Assembly: GCF_009914755.1 (NCBI RefSeq)
Contig: NC_060941.1
Direction: 5' to 3' (one strand)
Length of the DNA: 64,000 nt
Source: the human T2T-CHM13v2.0 reference genome, Homo sapiens
A model generated the notes under the pieces. The model ran no database searches. It saw only the letters and a program-made list of their open reading frames with translations, and was not told the DNA's origin. Of the stretch, positions 58,601 to 64,000 are shown one piece after another (the first letter of the stretch is position 1; every line of letters starts with the position of its first letter). The position numbers and the translations under genes are program-made.

Positions 58601-61600
58601 CTCTTTTCTAGGATCGAGAGGACCACACTGCAGCCCAGGACAAAAGCCCCACGGTAGCACATTGTCCGGCAGGAGAGGAGCAGACCCACGTCCAAGAAGA
58701 TGGTTTTACCTTTCCACGCCCCTTCTCTGCGAAATGAAGCCACACCACCACACAGTCTTGAAGAGGAAGCCTGGAATGGGAGACGGCAACAAGCCCCGTC
58801 CCTGGAACGCTGGCCTCTCTGGACAAGCCACCCGCTTCGCACCCCTCCTCTTATGCCCGTGGCGGTGGCACGGCGCTGTATCCTGCCTGGGCTATGGCCT
58901 CTGCTCTGTCGTCCCTCTTGCTCTGTCTCCCCTGTTTCTGAGCGGCCTAGATGCCTCTCGGTCTGGCTGAATATCTTCTACGAAGATCACTTCCCCGTCC
59001 ATCAGGGAGACACTTCCTGGAGATCCGTGTCATGACTGTTTCTCTCTCCAAGCCTGTTTCTGCTGGATTGCGCAGGTCTGATGACCCTGGGGCTCTTGGC
59101 TTCCATACGTGTCTCAGACAGGGAAGCTTCCTCGGTCTCCGTGTTTCACCTCATGGGTGGGTGGATTGCCTAGGATGAGCGAGCGCTAGGCCGGCGAGAC
59201 TGGCCTTGTCTTCTAGGACAAGTGCATTTCCCCTGCGCTTCCTGTCTCACTCTTGAGGGACATCCTCTCCTCCGCTCACAGGTGGACAGACTCCCTGGAT
59301 CTTTTGGCTGTAACGAATGTCAGGAAACAAAGGGACTGCGCTGGGACTGGGGCTGGGGCTGCGTGCAGGGGAGGTTGCGTCAGGGCTAGCTGGGTGGTGG
59401 AGGGTTGGGGGTGGGGTGACTGTTGCAGAAACCTCTGTGGTCCTCTGGCAGGCATTTCAACATGTGGCTTGGCTGAGGCACAAGCCCCGTCCAGGTTCCC
59501 AGGTCTTCTTTGTGTTCCCTTGGCACTCAGGGAAAGGCCACTTGATCCCCTTTCTACCGGGCGCATGCCTGGGCACCACTGTTGTTTTCGCCCTCGCCCC
59601 ACATGCCTCCGGTGACATACATTCACGCCATCTGCTCTGGTATACGCCAGTGCCAGGCGTGATCGCATTGTCTCCACCTGGGATTCGCCCCGTCCCTGTC
59701 TGCACGTGTCCTGGAAAGCGGTGTCAGCTTGCAGGAGCCCCAGGGCTTTTAGAAGCGGGCCAGGCCACCGCTCTTTCAAAGGAGGAGGGAGGCAGAGGGC
59801 TCACGGATCAGTGAATTTTCCGCTGACAGCAGGCCTTGAGGGCCATGGGATCATTCTGTGCTGCAGCGAGGCCCTGCCTGCCTCAGCAGATGTGGTGAGC
59901 CCATCCTTTCTCGCCCAGAGTGGTCCAAAATCGCATCTGAAGAGGAGTCCTGAGAACCCAGCAGGCGCCCTGAAGCTCCCCGTCCATCGGTGGAAGTCGG
60001 CTCAAGGAGGTCCTGAAGACGGGACTCCTGGGGGCTCGGCCCTGGGACACCCGTGGCCCCCTCTCCCACGCGGCCCCAAACTGGACCCCGGATCCAGCCG
60101 CAGCCGCTGCTGCAGCAGGCGCGCCCCCTGCCGCCGCGCAGCCGCCCGTATTTAAAGGGGACGCAGCCTGCCTGACTGCCAGGAGCCAAGCGCGAGTCGG
60201 CCCAGCCAAAGCGCATGCGCGAGGCGCGCGCCGCTTTTTGCTTCACAGTGCTTCCCACGGTTGTCTTAGGAACCAGTCCCCGAGGCTTGGCAACGCGGGA
60301 GCCCTCCGTGGCGGCGCCTGGGTGTCGGGCCTCCGAGGCTCCGGCCTGACCTCTCCACGGGGTCCACAGGAACGTCTCCGGCTGCCAGGAGTCACAAGGG
60401 GCCGAGCAGGATGAGGAAACCACAGGCGGAGTCCGGGGGAAGCAGCGTGGCATCCCAGCCTCAGGCCTGCCAGGACGGTGTTCGGGTGAGTCTCCCGAGA
60501 AGTCGTGCCCCCGTGATCTCGAGGACAGGTCCGCCTGCGTGCCCGAGGGCTGTTCTCTCAGCCGAGGGTTGTTCCCCTCCAGAGCAGAACCCGGCAGCCG
60601 CAGGGGTTGCCTGGGGGCGTGTGTTTCTCGGCCACCGCGGTAGGACTGTGTGTGGGGCTGTGTCTCCCATTCTCCCTTCTCTCTCTGTCTCTCACCCTCT
60701 GTGTGCTTCTTTCCCTCTGTGTGTGTGTGTGTGTGTGTGTGTCTTTGGACGAATGTGCCCTGTGCGTCAAAAAGGGATGTCTTTTATGTGGACCGGTCTT
60801 TGGTGAGCCTCTTTCTGCGTCTCTCCCTGGGTCCTGCGGCCAGCTGTCCATCGTCTTCGCGGCGGTTCCACTTTGGGTCTGTGCAGGCCTCGATAACGTG
60901 AGGGGATGCATCGGGCCCGGAGCAATGGAAGTCTCATCCCCATCCTGAGCGGCCTCTTTTCTAGGATCGAGAGGACCACACTGCAGCCCAGGACAAAAGC
61001 CCCACGGTAGCACATTGTCCGGCAGGAGAGGAGCAGACCCACGTCCAAGAAGATGGTTTTACCTTTCCACGCCCCTTCTCTGCGAAATGAAGCCACACCA
61101 CCACACAGTCTTGAAGAGGAAGCCTGGAATGGGAGACGGCAACAAGCCCCGTCCCTGGAACGCTGGCCTCTCTGGACAAGCCACCCGCTTCGCACCCCTC
61201 CTCTTATGCCCGTGGCGGTGGCACGGCGCTGTATCCTGCCTGGGCTATGGCCTCTGCTCTGTCGTCCCTCTTGCTCTGTCTCCCCTGTTTCTGAGCGGCC
61301 TAGATGCCTCTCGGTCTGGCTGAATATCTTCTACGAAGATCACTTCCCCGTCCATCAGGGAGACACTTCCTGGAGATCCGTGTCATGACTGTTTCTCTCT
61401 CCAAGCCTGTTTCTGCTGGATTGCGCAGGTCTGATGACCCTGGGGCTCTTGGCTTCCATACGTGTCTCAGACAGGGAAGCTTCCTCGGTCTCCGTGTTTC
61501 ACCTCATGGGTGGGTGGATTGCCTAGGATGAGCGAGCGCTAGGCCGGCGAGACTGGCCTTGTCTTCTAGGACAAGTGCATTTCCCCTGCGCTTCCTGTCT

Positions 61601-64000
61601 CACTCTTGAGGGACATCCTCTCCTCCGCTCACAGGTGGACAGACTCCCTGGATCTTTTGGCTGTAACGAATGTCAGGAAACAAAGGGACTGCGCTGGGAC
61701 TGGGGCTGGGGCTGCGTGCAGGGGAGGTTGCGTCAGGGCTAGCTGGGTGGTGGAGGGTTGGGGGTGGGGTGACTGTTGCAGAAACCTCTGTGGTCCTCTG
61801 GCAGGCATTTCAACATGTGGCTTGGCTGAGGCACAAGCCCCGTCCAGGTTCCCAGGTCTTCTTTGTGTTCCCTTGGCACTCAGGGAAAGGCCACTTGATC
61901 CCCTTTCTACCGGGCGCATGCCTGGGCACCACTGTTGCTTTCGCCCTCGCCCCACATGCCTCCGGTGACATACATTCACGCCATCTGCTCTGGTATACGC
62001 CAGTGCCAGGCGTGATCGCATTGTCTCCACCTGGGATTCGCCCCGTCCCTGTCTGCACGTGTCCTGGAAAGCGGTGTCGGCTTGCAGGAGCCCCAGGGCT
62101 TTTAGAAGCGGGCCAGGCCACCGCTCTTTCAAAGGAGGAGGGAGGCAGAGGGCTCACGGATCAGTGAATTTTCCGCTGACAGCAGGCCTTGAGGGCCATG
62201 GGATCATTCTGTGCTGCAGCGAGGCCCTGCCTGCCTCAGCAGATGTGGTGAGCCCATCCTTTCTCGCCCAGAGTGGTCCAAAATCGCATCTGAAGAGGAG
62301 TCCTGAGAACCCAGCAGGCGCCCTGAAGCTCCCCGTCCATCGGTGGAAGTCGGCTCAAGGAGGTCCTGAAGACGGGACTCCTGGGGGCTCGGCCCTGGGA
62401 CACCCGTGGCCCCCTCTCCCACGCGGCCCCAAACTGGACCCCGGATCCAGCCGCAGCCGCGGCTGCAGCAGGCGCGCCCCCTGCCGCCGCGCAGCCGCCC
62501 GTATTTAAAGGGGACGCAGCCTGCCTGACTGCCAGGAGCCAAGCGCGAGTCGGCCCAGCCAAAGCGCATGCGCGAGGCGCGCGCCGCTTTTTGCTTCACA
62601 GTGCTTCCCACGGTTGTCTTAGGAACCAGTCCCCGAGGCTTGGCAACGCGGGAGCCCTCCGTGGCGGCGCCTGGGTGTCGGGCCTCCGAGGCTCCGGCCT
62701 GACCTCTCCACGGGGTCCACAGGAACGTCTCCGGCTGCCAGGAGTCACAAGGGGCCGAGCAGGATGAGGAAACCACAGGCGGAGTCCGGGGGAAGCAGCG
62801 TGGCATCCCAGCCTCAGGCCTGCCAGGACGGTGTTCGGGTGAGTCTCCCGAGAAGTCGTGCCCCCGTGATCTCGAGGACAGGTCCGCCTGCGTGCCCGAG
62901 GGCTGTTCTCTCAGCCGAGGGTTGTTCCCCTCCAGAGCAGAACCCGGCAGCCACAGGGGTTGCCTGGGGGCGTGCATTGCTCGGCCACCGCGGTAGGACT
63001 GTGTGTGGGGCTGTGTCTCCCATTCTCCCTTCTCTCTCTGTCTCTCACCCTCTGTGTGCTTCTTTCCCTCTGTGTGTGTGTGTGTGTGTGTGTGTCTTTG
63101 GACGAATGTGCCCTGTGCGTCAAAAAGGGATGTCTTTTATGTGGACCGGTCTTTGGTGAGCCTCTTTCTGCGTCTCTCCCTGGGTCCTGCGGCCAGCTGT
63201 CCATCGTCTTCGCGGCGGTTCCACTTTGGGTCTGTGCAGGCCTCGATAACGTGAGGGGATGCATCGGGCCCGGAGCAGTGGAAGTCTCATCCCCATCCTG
63301 AGCGGCCTCTTTTCTAGGATCGAGAGGACCACACTGCAGCCCAGGACAAAAGCCCCACGGTAGCACATTGTCCGGCAGGAGAGGAGCAGACCCACGTCCA
63401 AGAAGATGGTTTTACCTTTCCACGCCCCTTCTCTGCGAAATGAAGCCACACCACCACACAGTCTTGAAGAGGAAGCCTGGAATGGGAGACGGCAACAAGC
63501 CCCGTCCCTGGAACGCTGGCCTCTCTGGACAAGCCACCCGCTTCGCACCCCTCCTCTTATGCCCGTGGCGGTGGCACGGCGCTGTATCCTGCCTGGGCTA
63601 TGGCCTCTGCTCTGTCGTCCCTCTTGCTCTGTCTCCCCTGTTTCTGAGCGGCCTAGATGCCTCTCGGTCTGGCTGAATATCTTCTACGAAGATCACTTCC
63701 CCGTCCATCAGGGAGACACTTCCTGGAGATCCGTGTCATGACTGTTTCTCTCTCCAAGCCTGTTTCTGCTGGATTGCGCAGGTCTGATGACCCTGGGGCT
63801 CTTGGCTTCCATACGTGTCTCAGACAGGGAAGCTTCCTCGGTCTCCGTGTTTCACCTCATGGGTGGGTGGATTGCCTAGGATGAGCGAGCGCTAGGCCGG
63901 CGAGACTGGCCTTGTCTTCTAGGACAAGTGCATTTCCCCTGCGCTTCCTGTCTCACTCTTGAGGGACATCCTCTCCTCCGCTCACAGGTGGACAGACTCC

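Larger units (their letters stand above)
35168..64000 (+). repeat. SST1/NBL2 (MER22)-family GC-rich macrosatellite, 2353-bp unit, 12 full copies plus partials, continuing past the window end
   Basis: The same anchor recurs at 35669, 38022, 40399, 42752, 45105, 47486, 49841, 52194, 54547, 56900, 59253 and 61606 (spacings 2353/2377/2381/2355). The tandem array is certain; the family name rests on unit size, GC/CpG richness, the internal (GT)n and recalled sequence. Confidence 0.88.

Noticed and set aside
34935-63884. Many 60-260 aa ORFs repeated in every unit on both strands
   Set aside because: They overlap in all six frames, many start at non-ATG codons, and none has a recognisable domain. 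This is expected from stop-poor GC-rich DNA and unlike coding macrosatellites such as D4Z4/DUX4 or RS447/USP17.
35168-64000. Possible 5S rDNA, U2 snRNA or tRNA tandem array (the 5S unit is of similar size)
   Set aside because: No 5S, U2 or tRNA sequence and no Alu was seen inside the unit

Overview
Primate (human-like) non-coding genomic DNA in two parts. Bases 1-~34,430 are an AT-rich, CpG-depleted flank packed with transposable elements: a 5'-inverted L1PA2-like element, about 30 Alus or Alu fragments, old L1M/L2/MIR pieces, MER21-, MER93-, LTR16- and MST-like solo LTRs, a fragmented Tigger1 and a complete THE1 LTR-int-LTR element with a 5-bp TSD. Bases ~34,430-64,000 are the edge and first 12 full copies of a GC/CpG-rich tandem macrosatellite with a 2,353-bp unit, best identified as the SST1/NBL2 (MER22) family. 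No credible protein-coding gene is present. The most interesting signals are in the array. Every unit carries a gene-like module (TATTTAAA, an NRF1 palindrome, a CGG|GTGAGT donor, pyrimidine-tract acceptors, a G4 and a (GT)n tract, with no poly(A) signal seen). Unit variants are ordered non-randomly (A B C D B' C' E F G F' G A). A degenerate edge monomer, 411 bp shorter, is fused to a truncated Alu. The family itself is known; the promoter/splice reading and the higher-order structure are my inferences. Subfamily names come from recalled consensus sequences, not from a search, and most element boundaries are approximate.
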